The notes below the pieces were generated by a model. That model had not been told where the DNA came from. It did no database searches and saw nothing but the letters and a program-made list of their open reading frames with translations. This document shows, piece after piece, positions 25,010 through 39,390 of a stretch of DNA of 64,000 nucleotides (position 1 is its first letter; each line of letters opens with the position of its first letter). The stretch spans positions 42,408,001 to 42,472,000 of the forward strand of contig NC_043010.1 in NCBI RefSeq assembly GCF_006345805.1. The letters run 5' to 3'. A program made the position numbers and the translations under genes. Origin of the DNA: Octopus sinensis (taxonomy: Eukaryota).

Positions 25010-25090
25010 CCTAAATATATATCATATATACTTAGGAAGACACCGAAACACACAATTGGGCGGGCATCCGTGCGCCGACACAAACACACA

Positions 25091-25155
<65 letters not shown>

Positions 25156-25703
25156 ACACACACACACACACAGGTACAGACACATACACGTATAGTTGTT
25201 TAGTGAAACAGTGGTGGCGTAGGGATGAGTGACTGGTTTTTATATTTGAACACCTAAATTTTAATGATGTGAATATGTTACCTGTTTCTCTCCTTCGTAT
25301 CAATCATAAATATAGAACTATTTTATGTACACTATAGTGGATGAATACTCTCTGTGCTATCCTCTAGTTGTTTACGTAAAGAAATAATTACCTGCTCTGC
25401 CACACTTTATTGCATTTCACTAGCGTTCTTTACCTTTGCTCTCTCTCCTCACCTTTTCTATCTTTAAACTGACCTTTATTATTGATTAGTCACCTATCTT
25501 CTACTTCCTACCATAGATTCCTTTCACTTCACTTATTAGTGTTGCTTAATTATACCTATTCTTATTTGTGTTGTTGTTTGTTGCCTTTCTGCCTATCTAT
25601 CTTTATAGAGGAACATACAAACATATTTCGCTTTAATTGAGTTTCCGATATGGTCGTAGAAATATCCCACATATGTATGTATATATGTATGTTTGTTTTT
25701 ATG

Positions 25704-25734
<31 letters not shown>

Positions 25735-25830
25735 TGTTTTATTTTTCAAACTTCTCACAATAAAGCAAGAGCCTGTTTTTTTAATAGGCACAAGGCTCTT
25801 TCATTGGCATTTAAACTCCAACTAGATAGT

Positions 25831-25861
<31 letters not shown>

Positions 25862-26059
25862 CCTTCATTTTATTTTTGACCAATTTCACACCAATGGAGA
25901 ATGAGTCGGTTTGCCGCTTAGAATCAGATCTCTTTCACTGGACATCAACCAGGATTGTCCTGCATATATCATTCGTATGCACGTGTATATGCATGCATGC
26001 ATGTGCACATCTATGCTCATACAAAAAAATACGTATACATATGTATGTATATGTGTACA

Positions 26060-27230
26060 TTGTGACCGGTTGTTAGTATATACTGAATTTCACGAATGTT
26101 TCACTTATTTTTATAGTACCTTTAACAGCTTGTAGGTGGAATCTTCTGATAAGACGTTTTCTTTCTGGTTTCATTAATCCAAGATTCTTAAGGTTGGTAC
26201 TCACAGATCCAAGTACTCCAACTGGTAGAAATCTAAAATTATTGTCCGGATGAACTACCTGTAGATCTCTCATCAATTCGGCATGGATGTTCTCTTTTTC
26301 ACAGGGCAATTGATTTCATATACTATGCATAGTTTTTTTTCCCCCTTGTCCCAGATCATTATGTGCTGGCTCTTGTACTAGCATTTTATTGAAGTCTTAA
26401 CAGGAACGATATTCTTTCGAAATATATGTTGTTATGCACTCCACATCACAGCTTTTTATATTTGCCGGGATTATATTTTCAATAGATTTCATCATGCAGT
26501 TTGTCATAAGTAGGTAATACTATAAAGACGTTTTGGACAGATACCCAATGTTAATTTCACAAAGCCTGCATCTAGATTACCAATATCACTATCCGTTTTG
26601 TGCATCGGGTATTTTGTGGTTGTTTTCTACTCCTGTATTGTAAAAGTATATCTTTCAAAGTAAGAGCTAAAATCCCGATTGTTAATACAAGAATACTATT
26701 CTGGTTACCAATGTTGTTATCACTTTGAAACCTCTTGGAAATATAACCATGCATGACCTTTTGCTGGTATGTATGCAGTTTCTCATCTGGTGGCTTAGTG
26801 CAGTAGAGTTGTGCAATATCTTTGGGTATATACCTCGGTCATCGATCAGAAAATACTTTTTAATAAGTGCCTTTCAACTCCCTTGGTTCTACCGGCTTCA
26901 CGCATGTAAACTCCATCCAAAATTGAGTTTCGACGTTTGGTTTTTAGTAGATATTGTTGAAAGGATATAAAACGACAGTCAAAGTTTTGATCGATGCTAG
27001 GCCTCTGCCATTTCAGTTTCAGTAAAGGCATTCAACATCTTTGTTGATAAGCAATTTTTGAGCTTTTTCATCAAAAGACTGCATCTCGTTTAGCATCCAA
27101 CTGAATAGTCCAGATGTTGATATGAGCTCTGGTACGGCAGACACATTGTTAGCTATTGAGTTGTTGCACGCGGAACATGCAAATGTAGAGAGATAGACAT
27201 GTGTACGTAGAAGCATACTCTTCGGAGTGA
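26060..27230 (-). mobile_element. R4/Dong-like non-LTR element 3' part (restriction-like endonuclease), decayed
   Basis: Fragments QEXETATKY, HIMIWDK and ELMRDLQVVHPDNNFRFLPVGVLGSV...LQAVKGTIKISETF, typical of the RLE C-terminus. Confidence 0.65.
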
Positions 27231-27252
27231 GAGCTTATTTATCGATTGCCAA

Positions 27253-27340
27253 CACTGGCGTAGCACTTTTGGGCCTACTGTAGGCAATGTGTGTTTTTTT
27301 GTGGGGTCCGGAGGCGGCACACACTCTAGCTACGCTAGTG
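27253..27340. mobile_element. Tiny hAT-like MITE
   Basis: TIR cactggcgtagc / gctacgctagtg; degenerate 8-bp flanks attgccaa / gttgtcag. Confidence 0.55.
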
Positions 27341-27981
27341 GTTGTCAGTTCACAATGCACTACTTTGTTTATGCTACTGTCACTTGGAAGCCCTCTGACA
27401 TAAAAGTGATAAATGACTCTCTCTTAACGGAGCGTATACATGCACGTGCCGATACACATACCTATATCCATGTGTAGGTATACATGCTTACGTAAATGCA
27501 TAGATGTGTGTACATACTTATGTGAATACGTGTACATAAATGTATGTATATACGATAGTGCTTTTTAATATAGATATATACATTATGTTTATTCTTTATA
27601 TGTTGGATATTCCTTCAAAACATGTTAGTTATTATTTATTTTTATTGATAGAATATATGATAAGCAATAAGTGTTATTTGGTACACTTTAAAATAGAAGT
27701 AAGGATAAACAAAAATAGACAATGTCATACACTTGAAATAGTATATGAGAGAAATGAAGTAAAAAAAAAACAATAACTTCAAAATATGCAATTATAAATA
27801 TTTGAGTAGATATGATTTTGAAATCTACATTTTTTTTTTGAGATATATATTAAGAAAGGATAAAAACAAAATTACTTCAACATAAGAACCGTTTTAACAA
27901 TTCATTCTGCTTTTTCCCACTTTTTCACTCCGAGCCATTGTTTTCCCAAGTTATTTTCTCCTTGATTAGGTTGAAAGAAAT

Positions 27982-28122
<141 letters not shown>

Positions 28123-29067
28123 TCCTTCCTTATAGGGTGATAACACATATCTGGATTTTCCCACAGTTTTTGATAAGCCATTTCTGGCAAATTAAGAAGA
28201 TTTTTCTCACTCTCTTAAGAGAATAGTATATGATGTTAAATGACTATGCAGTAGTGAGGGTCTGTGTAAGAAGTAATGAATGAGCTTGAGATTATTTCTC
28301 CAGAAGGAGTGTTTGGTTTGTGCTAATTAATTGATTGGAACTGACGGAAGACAATGATACAAATTTATATATTTATTTTATATTGCTTTTTTGTGAACAT
28401 AAGCGACGTTGATTAAATGTTTCCAACAGGTCAGTCATTTTCAACGATAGGGATCACAATGAAGGGTTTGTGTTTTCAGTAGCCTTTACGAAGAGAAATA
28501 TTATTTTACTACTGAAATCTCTGCCGAAGGATTCTATTAAATTTGCAGTTAATCATTAAAGTTTTCATTATATAAAACACTTTAAACGAGATTATTGTTA
28601 TAATAATCGTTAGCATAATCTTCATTGGTAAAAGAAAGTAACTACTTTTATATAGAAGCTCTATGTTTTGGGAAAATAGTGATAATAGAGATAGGAATTG
28701 TTTAGAGAATAAATAACACAAACCATTCACACGAAAACACTAACTTCACTATTGTTTTTCATGAGATGGTATCCCTGACCAATTCTATTTTTCTACACAA
28801 TCAAGTCTACTTTTTTGTACCTTTATTATTCTTCTATTAATTATTTTGCAAATTTGAGTTAGTCCATACTTCGCTTATGAGGTCATTAAAAGACCAAAGC
28901 ATGCACCAATTTATCTCCAGTAATTGCTGAAAAAGCTAAAATCTCGTTAAGTCAATGACAAATATATATTTTTTCCTAACTGTAAGATTATTTCTAAGTT
29001 TTTTTGGTTTTTTTTTGTGTGGTGGTGGTATGCTGGCTACATAAATTGTTGTCACTAACTTTTAAAG

Positions 29068-29253
29068 ATTGGTTTCAAATTCTGGTGCAAGGCCAGCAAT
29101 TTCGGGGGAGGAGGTAAAGTCGATTATATCAACCCCAGTGTTTGACTTATTTTATAAGGGATAAAGAGCAAAGTCGACTCCGGCGGCATTTGAACTCAGA
29201 ACGTAAAATCGGGAGAAATGCCTTCAAGCATTTTCTTCGGTGTGTTAACGATT
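29068..29253 (-). mobile_element. SINE family B, older variant
   Basis: ggtttcaaattctggtgcaaggccagcaatttc...gcaaagtcgactccggcggcatttgaactcagaacgta. Confidence 0.75.
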
Positions 29254-29786
29254 AAAATACATAAGTATTGAGATAAAACAAGAGAGAAGTGCAAAGTGGG
29301 GTTAAAGTTCGGTTGATCAAGATATAGAATATGGTGCAGTAGTAGAGGGTAGTGGTGAGGGTGTAACAAAAGCAACTCTGAATCATTGGTGCTGACACGA
29401 TAACAGTAAGTTAGTTAATAATGCATTGATGGGTAAATGTTTGAATAGAGGAGATAAACGATACCGATTGAACAAATGTGTCAGTCCCTAGATGTCAATA
29501 GTTAATTGTTAATTATAGTTAATTAATGACAATAACGAAATTAAGGAAAATAATCCTATAGTAAACATGAGCGAGATTTAATGACAAACTAGGAAGGGGA
29601 GGATAATGAGGACTGAAATGAAGTGAGATAATTAGTGGTGACTACAGTGGATTGGATAAGAAAATGAAAACGAAGAAAATGACCTGACCAGGAACAATAC
29701 TGAAGGTTTAAGGGGTGGGAGTAGAAAGTTAGAATAATGATGAAATTGAGAAATTAACGTAAAATAAGAGACAGAAAAATAATGTA

Positions 29787-30218
29787 GGACCTTTTCGGTT
29801 TGAACGGCAGTTTTTAACATAATTTCTAGGTAACTAAAAAAATTTTAAACTTCGTGTACTGGTAGAATGTGTTTATAAAACATCTTTTTCTCTTGGCTTT
29901 ATTGAGAAAATTCTATGGTTTGTAAGATATTTGTTGTGTTTTTTCTTCAATTTCTGCAATTTCAACCAATCAGTGACGTCTATTGAAGTAAAAAAAACAT
30001 TCTGTGCCGTATGAATATGTCCCTCGTTTAAGAAACAGATCGGGTTTATTTACATTTCTGAAGAGAAAAAGATACCCTTCCCCCCACCCCTAACCCTAAC
30101 CCTAACCCTAACCCTAAAACATTGAAATGCAATAGATCGATAATAGGGTCATAATTATGGGTGACAATTTCATATGACACCGCTAGAAACAAAACTGCCG
30201 TTCAAACCGAAAAGATCC
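29787..30218 (+). mobile_element. MITE family D
   Basis: TIRs as above; perfect 8-bp TSD ataatgta (29779-29786 and 30219-30226); about five internal ccctaa units. Confidence 0.95.
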
Positions 30219-31072
30219 ATAATGTAAATTAAAAGGCGATTCTAATAATTGAAAAAGAAAGGTAATTGTATTTTATTCTCTATGAAACAAGATGGCTACA
30301 ATCATACTGGATATCAGCGATGTTACTAATTTAAACATGAGATGCTAAATCACGGAGTGTTCAGAAACAAAGAAATAACTGCAGTATTTCAAACACATTC
30401 TGAATCTTTCAGAAAAGGAGAGTTTCTACAGATTTATTAGTAAGGTCATTGTTTATGTTATTTGGTTAAAATCTTTACACAAACATCGCCTTGGTTTGCT
30501 GCTTTTACCTGCTAAATATGGCTAGGATAATTAGTGTCAGGTTGAATGTGTATTGGTATTCTCTGTGTTCTTCAAACCAGAAATATGTGAAAATTTTGAA
30601 GAAAAAGGGAAAAAAAAAACCGGCTGAAAAATCTATTAATAAACAAACCTTTAGAATAAGAGAAATGTATTGAAAGGAAAAACGAAACAGAAAATAAGAA
30701 GTGTGTTCATATGTGTGTATTTGCGAATGTATCTCAGTGTATACATATATCTATGTGTGTAGGTGTGTGTGAATGTTCCTCAGTCTTCGTGAAATATATG
30801 TTTCTTGGTTTTCGTATGCATATCAATATAAGTGCACAACTATGTATATCAGTATGTCCTTGTCTGTGTACTTTTCGTTTTGTATCTCTTGCTTGCCTAT
30901 ATGTAAATGGTATGTGTTTAAGATTCTATTACGGTGTGCTTATCATTGGCTTAAGCTGTCCCACATATCACTTTAACGTCATTCAAAATGTTTTACACAT
31001 TTCTATAGGTGTTGTTGTTATTGTGAACTTGTACTTAGTAACACACAAGGATTTTCAAATATATGCGCGCTA

Positions 31073-31197
<125 letters not shown>

Positions 31198-31202
31198 TAT
31201 AT

Positions 31203-31353
31203 AGGAGAGTTTACGAAAAAAACAAAAGACGTAGACAGGTGGTGTACAAAACAAACAGATGTATTAGTATAACGCTCAGGAATACAAAAAGTATTTTACG
31301 TTTCGAGCCTACGCTCTTCTACAGAAAGGGACACAGAAAAAACAAGGAGAGAA
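31203..31353 (-). mobile_element. Short Penelope-type terminal element with variant hammerhead, in (TA)n
   Basis: Minus strand ttt-CTGTAGA-A-gagc(gtag)gctc-GAAAC-GT-A-aaa...ttcctgagcgtt; near-identical copy at 39877-40040. Confidence 0.75.
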
Positions 31354-31360
31354 ATATATA

Positions 31361-31396
<36 letters not shown>

Positions 31397-31507
31397 TGTA
31401 TGTATGTATGTATGTATGTACGTACGTATGTATGTATGTATATATATATATATATGTAAATATATATATATGTGTGTGTGTGTGTAAATATATATATATA
31501 TATATTT

Positions 31508-31576
<69 letters not shown>

Positions 31577-31730
31577 TACATATATATATATGTATGTATG
31601 TATGTATACTCACACACATACACAGATATACGTACAATTGTTTGTATGCATGTATATATATATGCATATATTTTCTGTTATTGTTATTTTTAATGTTCGA
31701 TTATTCGATTTGACTATATATATATATATA

Positions 31731-31977
31731 TCTGTAAATGTAATATGTGACAATTATTCGGTAGCCATGATAAAAGTCCGAGTTTCGAATATCGGGGCGG
31801 AAACCCACGCCGGCATCTCTTCAGTTATCGGGCAATCGGAAAAAATGCTATGACATCCGAAACTCGGAGGTTTATCATGGCTACCGAATAATTGTCGCAT
31901 ATCATATTTACAGATAAATTCCTCTATTTACATAATATCGAGGTCTCCTTCATCCTTTTGCTGTCTTGCCATTTCTA

Positions 31978-31978
<1 letters not shown>
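31731..31978. mobile_element. Fold-back Penelope-type terminal element in (TA)n
   Basis: Arms 31731-31787 and 31858-31914 are inverted. The minus strand carries gataa-CTGAAGA-gatgccgg...ccgatattc-GAAAC-tcgga...ttatc. Confidence 0.75.
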
Positions 31979-32055
<77 letters not shown>

Positions 32056-32128
32056 GCAGAGATACTCCGAAAGCAACTGAAGTGGCAGCACTGACAGACC
32101 CTTAAATTTCCCACGTATATGTGTGTGC

Positions 32129-32182
<54 letters not shown>

Positions 32183-33454
32183 GTGTGTGTGTGTGTGTGT
32201 TAAAAACATACATAAGAATAGTGGTGAAACATTCCCAACAAAATTGCGTCAAAATCAAACATAACATGCCTGATATTTTCATTTGGAACAGAAAAAAAAT
32301 CATGTGTAGTCGTAGAGGTAAGCTATCCTAAGGCTGGTTTTAACTAAAATCAGTACGATTGGTAAAAGTAAGGACAACTGCTTCGAAACCTCCAAGCATC
32401 TATATGCTTATAACAAGTTCACATTTACACCAATAATTATTGCTGCCTATGTTTATGAATGCTTAAGGAATAATCAGGAAAGTCTAGACTTTGAAGTCAA
32501 AGTAACCAGCTAACACACACTTGACAGAGATGTAAGCGGAAGAGTAAAATTATGCAAGACTTTTCAAAATGTAACATTTACTGATTTTGTTATTGAAATT
32601 CCAGTGATGGAGCTTTGTTTCTTTGTTTTAAAAAAGAAAACAGCTTCTTCTTTGTGGGAGGAATTCAAACATACATAAATATTTTGTATTTACTGTGCCG
32701 TGAATTGGTAACGTTTATAACTAGCTGTCTACAATCAACTAACTAGCTATTAGATTAAAAGATGCCATCATTATTTCTATAACAGATCTGTCAGAATACA
32801 TTTGTTCATTGGTTTATATTGTTATCGTTATTTTAACAATACCTGTAATATATAAACAGTAATTTCGTAAAAATCTGTTGTTCAATTTCCGGTACATTAT
32901 ATTTTTGCCCTAGTTTTACTTTTCAATATTTCTTCACCAGCCCTGCTTTTCACTCTATAATTATGTAAAACAAAAAAGAAAACATTGATTTAATGATTGT
33001 TATTATTTCCACGAAAAAATTTCAAGTTGAACTGACAAGAAATATATATTTCAGAACCTAGTTTGTTTGTTTATTTTTTTATATATTTGACATATAAGAT
33101 ATATATGTTAATCAATCGATTCTTCACAATCTTCATGAAACCAAAGATACTTAATGTGGGTGACATAAAATGTATGCAGTTGATTAAGTGAATGTTATGT
33201 GAAACTAAAAGCGACGAGTGAATTATTGCTCGCACAAGGGAGATAAGATGCTAAGTAAACTCTAAATTACAAAGTAATCAATGTGGCCTTAGATTATTAG
33301 TTTCCATTTCTTGCCTTTCGAAACTGTTATTGTTTAGTCGTAGTCTACTCTAACGTAGTTGATAGATCATGCCAATCATTCAAACTATGTCTATTCGCAG
33401 TTTAAGGACAATGTAGGACTACTGTATCTAATTCGGTGCTTCTCAGTCTTTTGT

Positions 33455-33985
33455 ATCTATCTATCCGCTCAGTCGAAGTCGACACTCGGTCACTCGTTGG
33501 ATCAGTGTCCTCCAGTCAGTTCTATCCTGGGCCGCTTCTTTCAGATTGGCTATGTCCATTCCGGTATCCCTCTTGATGGTGTCAAGCCAGCGGGTTCTTG
33601 GTCGGCCTCTTCCTCTCTTGCCACTGACCATTCCGAGCATGATGTCCTTCTCCAGGGATTTTCTCCTTATAATATGACCGAAATATGCCATTCTACGCTT
33701 GGTGGTCCCAGCTTCTAGCGACATTTTCGGCCTGATCTGCTTAAGAACTTCTCCATTGGTGAGCCTCGCTGTTCACGGAATCCGTAAAAGTCTTCTCCAA
33801 TACCAAAGCTCGAATGCATTAATTCTCTTCTGGTCATGATGTTAGTGTTTTTGTTGGTATTGGCTGAGTAATTCTAATGGACTACCATCAGTACCTGGGG
33901 CTTTTCGGTTGGCCAGCTGTTTCATTGCCCATACCACCTCATCCTCCAGGATGTCTGGCTCTAGTTCCAGTTCCAGTTGCTTCTC
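33455..33985 (-). mobile_element. RTE (BovB-like) LINE, internally deleted 3' fragment
   Basis: LEPDILEDEVVWAMKQLANRKAPGTDG (start of RT) lies just upstream of RINAFELWYWRRLLRI...YFGHIIRRKSLEKDIMLGMVSGKRGRGRPRTRWLD; (atag)n tail. Confidence 0.9.
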
Positions 33986-35289
33986 TTCTGCCTGTTCATT
34001 GTGATACAATGGAAATCAAGCAAAACAATTACTGGCACATTTCGTATTAACTGTTTTCTAAAATATTTAAAGTTGAGTATTCAGAGACAAAAAGTTACAA
34101 AATTTGTTTGCCTTGTCTTATCAATTATACTTGCGTATTCCAGAAACAGACGATCAAGCATTTTAAAGCTTTAGATTATAATTTTTTTTTAATCTGCGGC
34201 ATACCAGTGCACGGTGATGCTCTGATTGCAAACCATCAACTGAATGCGTCTTGCGCTTATATAATACGGCAGGGCACAATTTAAAGGAAATTTGCTGCAG
34301 ATAAACGATCACAGAGAAGCTTCCTCATTAGCTCGTTGTCTGCCAATATTTGCAAGTTTGTGAAATAGGAGCATTAGAGTAGCACTGTTTTTTACCATCC
34401 ATATATTTTCTTTTACTTGCTTAATTAGAAGAGGACTGGTAGCGCCTCCGAAGTAAGGATGAGAAAGGAAAAAAAAAAAGTATCTTCAAACTGGAGATTT
34501 TGTCTTAATATTTACAACTGAGTAGTCACTCAGCTAAAGGCAGATAGGGATCAGATGGTGATGCAAAACTGGGTCACCAATTTGGACGATTACCAGAAGA
34601 GAATGGTTCCCTCCGACTTGACGTCCAGACATTTTCTGTCAACCAAATTTCATTATCAAAGCTTCGATCGACCATTTTATGTTTTCATCAATCGTTCAAG
34701 TATTTCTGGATAAAAATAGAAAAGTATTATAAGTAGTGTACCGACGCACTTTCTCAAATTTGCATTGTGTAGTTTTACAAAACCAACTTTAACAAAAGTA
34801 CTCAACTTGTATTTTCTGTCCCGGAGGACATCGTCCGGTCTTTTATGTTTCCATCTTCTGAATAGTTTAATTGCTGAAAACTTTAGTATATGTAATTCCA
34901 TTTTCTTAAAATTCTTCAGTAGACAAAACTTGAGTGATTTTTAGTATTCCACAGGGCATTCATTCCAAACAGTTACATTTGAGATACTAAAATATACCCG
35001 GATATAAATGTTTCTAGTGATTATAGTAAGGGAAATTAAAGAAACATCTTATTTTAGGAAAAAGTATTCGAAACCATGTTTGGATATTTGGGTGTGGGTT
35101 AAAGTTAACTATAGAAAATTACGGCGAGGACTACAATTAAAAACTAGATTAGTTGTTGAGTTTAGTGTTTCAGTTTACTCGGTGGGCGTGTTGTCAATCC
35201 CTGTGCAAGTGGAAATCACTCATGTTGAACAAGTGTCATCACAAGTTAGAAAATAGCTAACGTCTTGGGTATGGATAACTAAATGAGAA

Positions 35290-35460
35290 CAATTGCCTTT
35301 GCAGATGGGGTAAAAGACTCGGTTCAAAATCCTCCAAAACTTTACCGAGTACGAGACACACAGGTACATGAAGAAGGTTGGAGGATATAACGGCCGAAAT
35401 ATTGTGACTATAACAACCTAGATGGTGACACAAGCCTGAATTTATTAGAATATAATAATT
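35290..35460 (+). mobile_element. Degenerate Penelope-type 3' end with hammerhead remnant
   Basis: caggtac-aTGAAGA-aggttgg(aggatata)acggcc-GAAAt-attgtg. Confidence 0.45.
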
Positions 35461-35789
35461 ACTTAAGTACATAGAACAATTGTAGTGAGAGGGGTAATCT
35501 ATGATGTGTCTGTTTATACAGCTGCTTTTATGAAGAGCTTTATTAAATCGGATACACCGATTTGCACAAATGATACATTCTTGGTGGCTAGTTTTTTTAC
35601 CAAATTACTACCATGTTAGTAGTGTTCCTTTTGTTATAAGATTCACAATTAATTTATTGATTGAAGCCAACACTGCATGTGAAAATAAAATTCAACAATA
35701 TACCCTGGACTGTCGTTAACGATTGTTTTTTATACAGTCATATCGTAGATAGGAAAAAGTTTCTTAGAAACTAGTTCTATAAATTATTA

Positions 35790-36570
35790 CACTCTGGCTT
35801 TACACTCTGGCGCGGAATAAGTCGAGAGACGAACCGCGCCAAATGCCAACCAATCAGAGCAGTGGACACAACAGGGTTAAATTAGCCAAAGATGGCTGTA
35901 ATCACAAACGAGATCATTCTTATTGTGTCTCTCAAAGAGTGGGGATATCAATATCGCTACACCACCATCATCTTAACATCGTCAACATCATCTCTACGTA
36001 CACAACTCAACAAGCAACTCGCCCTAGTTCCAATACTTCACTGTTCGTAAATTACTTCACCATGTATCAACTGCGAACATACAACCTGCGAGAACTCCTG
36101 TACCAAGTGACCCAGGGTACAGCATTACAACTACAACTTCGTACGACATGTCCCGCAACCGGTTCAGTATCTTGGCCGCTACTTCTTAATACAGTATTTC
36201 AATTACCGTGTGCAACTGACTACGAGCTGGTATTTCTCATTCTTGTGTCTATGAATATTCGTCTAACTTCTCGGTATAGACTCTTTCACTGTCTCCTTCA
36301 TTGCTATTCATACATCCATGACTATGCACACATACACTTTGTTCTCATGACGGCCTGTCTATTATTCTGTCTATTATTCTGTATACATGACGCACTCACA
36401 GACACACATGTTAACATATCAATAAATCTTCTCTTAACTATTCTACTCGATTGTGTCTCCCTTTTCTCTCTGGCACATAAATGTATTATTCATTTTCTTC
36501 TTTATTATATCGACCGTGTGATGTGCAAATGAGACTCATTCTCGTTACCTCTCATCGCCCGGTCCTTACA
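35790..36570 (+). mobile_element. Probable partial solo LTR
   Basis: Distinct composition, CCAAT box, aataaa at 36421 and terminal ...ggtccttaca (LTR-type CA end). The matching 5' TG end and a TSD were not found. Confidence 0.35.
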
Positions 36571-36769
36571 AACTATTTAGATATTGAAGTCATTATAATC
36601 CTCACGCAGAATCAGTTTGACATTGTGATATAAGGTTGGGACCCATAATTACAAGCACTGTCTGTCAATTGAACTGCTCAAAATTTCCAGCGATTTAGTT
36701 TCATTTAGACTTCAGTCTACCCAAGACTATGATACAAAACAGTACACTCAGATATTACACAGTGGGAGC

Positions 36770-37386
36770 GAGTAAGGAGTCTCGTGACTGCAAAGCGAAG
36801 TTCTTACAACTGAAGGCTTCCTTGAGAGATGCTTGCATCATCTCTCTTGACACATGGGAGGGCATAGCTATTGATCGTAGCAGGTGGAGAAGGATTGTGC
36901 AAGAGGGGACAGCTACTTTTGAGAAATCTCGAGTTGCACATGAGAAATTAAGGAGAGATGTCAGGAAGGGCATCGCTGTTACACTTTCAGATGGGAAGGG
37001 TCTTCCTATGATGCTGACATGCAGTGTCTGTGCAAGACCCTGCCTCAGTAAAGCTAGACTCAAGAGTCATCTTCGTAGTCATAAAGCGAGACAGATGAGT
37101 AACAACCTGGCCACTGGTGGTGGTGCTACACACTATACTAATCATATCTGTCAAGCATGTGGAAGAGAGTGTAATTCGGCAGGAGTACTTAAACGACATG
37201 CAAAGGTACATGAAGCCCAGTTACAACTACAGCCGGCTATTACCGGTAAAGGTTTTAGCTGCCAATTCTGTACAAGTCATTGTAGATCTTTAGCTGGGCT
37301 AAAAAGTCACATTCGATCACAGCACCAATAACAGTTAAGCTTCGTGCAATGGCCATACTCGATAACAAGGAGGCAGCCATCATCAT
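36770..37386 (+). mobile_element. RTE-clade LINE 3' end with three C2H2 zinc fingers
   Basis: LKASL...TWEGIAIDRSRWRRIVQEG (RTE C-terminus), then CSVC..HLRSH, CQAC..HAKVH and CQFC..HIRSQH; stop at 37331; short 3' UTR and (cat)n/(tatg)n tail. Confidence 0.85.
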
Positions 37387-38451
37387 GTATGTATGTATGT
37401 ATGTATGTATGTATGTATTTATGTATGTATGTATGCGAATACATATTTGGAAAATGGCTTTGGCCTTCTAACGCATATATGAATACGTGAGCGAGTGAAT
37501 ATGATATATAATATACTTAGTTTAACAGTCAGTCAAGGGTGTATGCCATGTATATATGTTGTTGGTGTTTAATAAAAAAAAACCATAATCCTATGGTTAA
37601 AGGTGTTTCGGAAAAATGCGTTCCACCATTTTAAATATCCAGAACTGCATTATCCAATATGCCATTTCCTTTGTAAGACGTCGGGGTTTGATTTGAGGGT
37701 AATTTGGGTGCTATTTCTAGCAGATGAAGCGACTACGCAGAAGCTGCATCTCTGCTGGTTTCAGTGTATGCCTATATGTTTGATAATATGGTTGTATTTA
37801 ACTACTAAATGAGGTAGCTGAAGTGAATATCATCTTGTAATTAGCCCTTACTCATGTGTAAACAAATCTTATGTATTTATATGGAAATAAATGTATCATC
37901 TACATGAGAGAACTTCTAGTTATTTAGAACAGTTATTCTATCGTTAAGTTGATTCCCGACTATTTCAATAAATGTTATCTCATCTTAAAAGGAAATTTGC
38001 TATTTGTTTATCGGAGAAGAAGAGAACATATTAAAAAAATATATAAACGAAACGGGGAAAAGAAATTTGTTAGGAAAAAATAAACTAATTCTTGCTTAAG
38101 ATTGAGAAAAATTGGAAAGTTCAAGTGAATTCATATTGCCTTAAACAATAGCTGAACAAATTTAATCTAAAAACAGATTTATAGAAAAATATTTCTTACA
38201 AACAGTGTCTCCAAATATATACTTATCTGCATGTGGTAAATATAGTCATGCGACTATATTTTCTGGGTCATAGGAGTATGTGTATATAGATAGGTATCTC
38301 TGTGAGAATATTATAACATGAATAACCTGCGTGTGTGAGTGTGAGTTAGTGTGCAAGCATATGTGTGTGTGTGTGTGTGTGTGTGAAAGAGAGAGAGAGA
38401 GTGTGTGTGCGTGAGTGAGTGTGCAAGCCACATATATATACATATATATAC

Positions 38452-38510
<59 letters not shown>

Positions 38511-38941
38511 TATGTATGTATATGGGTATAAGTAAGTATTTCATTTATTCCTTTGCCGCATTTATCACTGATGAATTAACTCTGAAATCGGGTCCGATAT
38601 GGTAATAACGGAATTTTTCTAGAAATTTCTGTCGGCTTTCTTCGAGACACGTACTTACAGTGATATATTTCTTTATTGCCCTCAAGGGGCTAAACATATA
38701 TTATATGGTTATTGACGAAGTGTCTATTTTCGGCATATTTGACATTAGAAAATTTTTTTCTTTTGCCCTTGTTTATAAGTTGTTTATATATATATATATA
38801 TTATAAATTCGCTTAGAGTAACGTTAAGGGTATGCAAATAAAACTCCAATTTCATTATGCCAGCTACCGTCTAATGATACTGACTAGTGAGTCAGTTTTT
38901 CGGGGTTATGTCATGGTTCTATCCTACCAGGTACACACAAA

Positions 38942-39390
38942 AAGTGGCTGTGTGGTAAGAAGCTTGCTTCCCAACTTCATGGTTCCGGGTTCAGACCCAC
39001 TGCGTGGCACCTTGGGCACGTGTTTTCTACTTATCCTCATCTTGTTTGTTGTGCTTTGTACTGTAGCCTCGGATCGACCAAAGTTTTGTGAGTGGATTTG
39101 GCAGACGGAAACCGAAAGAATCCTGCCGTGTGTGTGTACGTGTGTGTGTGTGTATACGTGCGTATATGTGTGTGTGTGTGTGTGCGTACCCCAGCTATCG
39201 CTTGACAACCGATGCTGGTGTGTTTATGTCCCCGTAATTTAGCAGTTCGACAAAAAGACTGATAGAGTAAGTTTTAGGCTTACAAAGTATAAGTCCAGAG
39301 GTCGATTTCTTCGACTAAAGCCCTTTAAGGTGGTGCTCCAGTATTGCCACAGTCAAATAATTGAAACAAGTAAGAAGGTAAAAGAGTAAG
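38942..39390 (+). mobile_element. SINE family A
   Basis: gtggctgtgtggtaagaagcttgcttcccaac...tgaaacaagtaagaaggtaaaagagta; its tail is duplicated at about 39495-39586. Confidence 0.88.

Noticed and set aside
30088-30118. True telomere or chromosome-fusion scar
   Set aside because: Only 3-5 units, always at the same place inside MITE family D.
35843-36532. 229-aa ORF as a protein-coding gene
   Set aside because: No recognisable domain; low-complexity composition within an LTR-like repeat.
36729-37331. 200-aa ORF as a host C2H2 zinc-finger gene
   Set aside because: It has an RTE C-terminal signature, a short 3' UTR with a simple-repeat tail and no TGEKP linkers; the start codon lies in flanking DNA.
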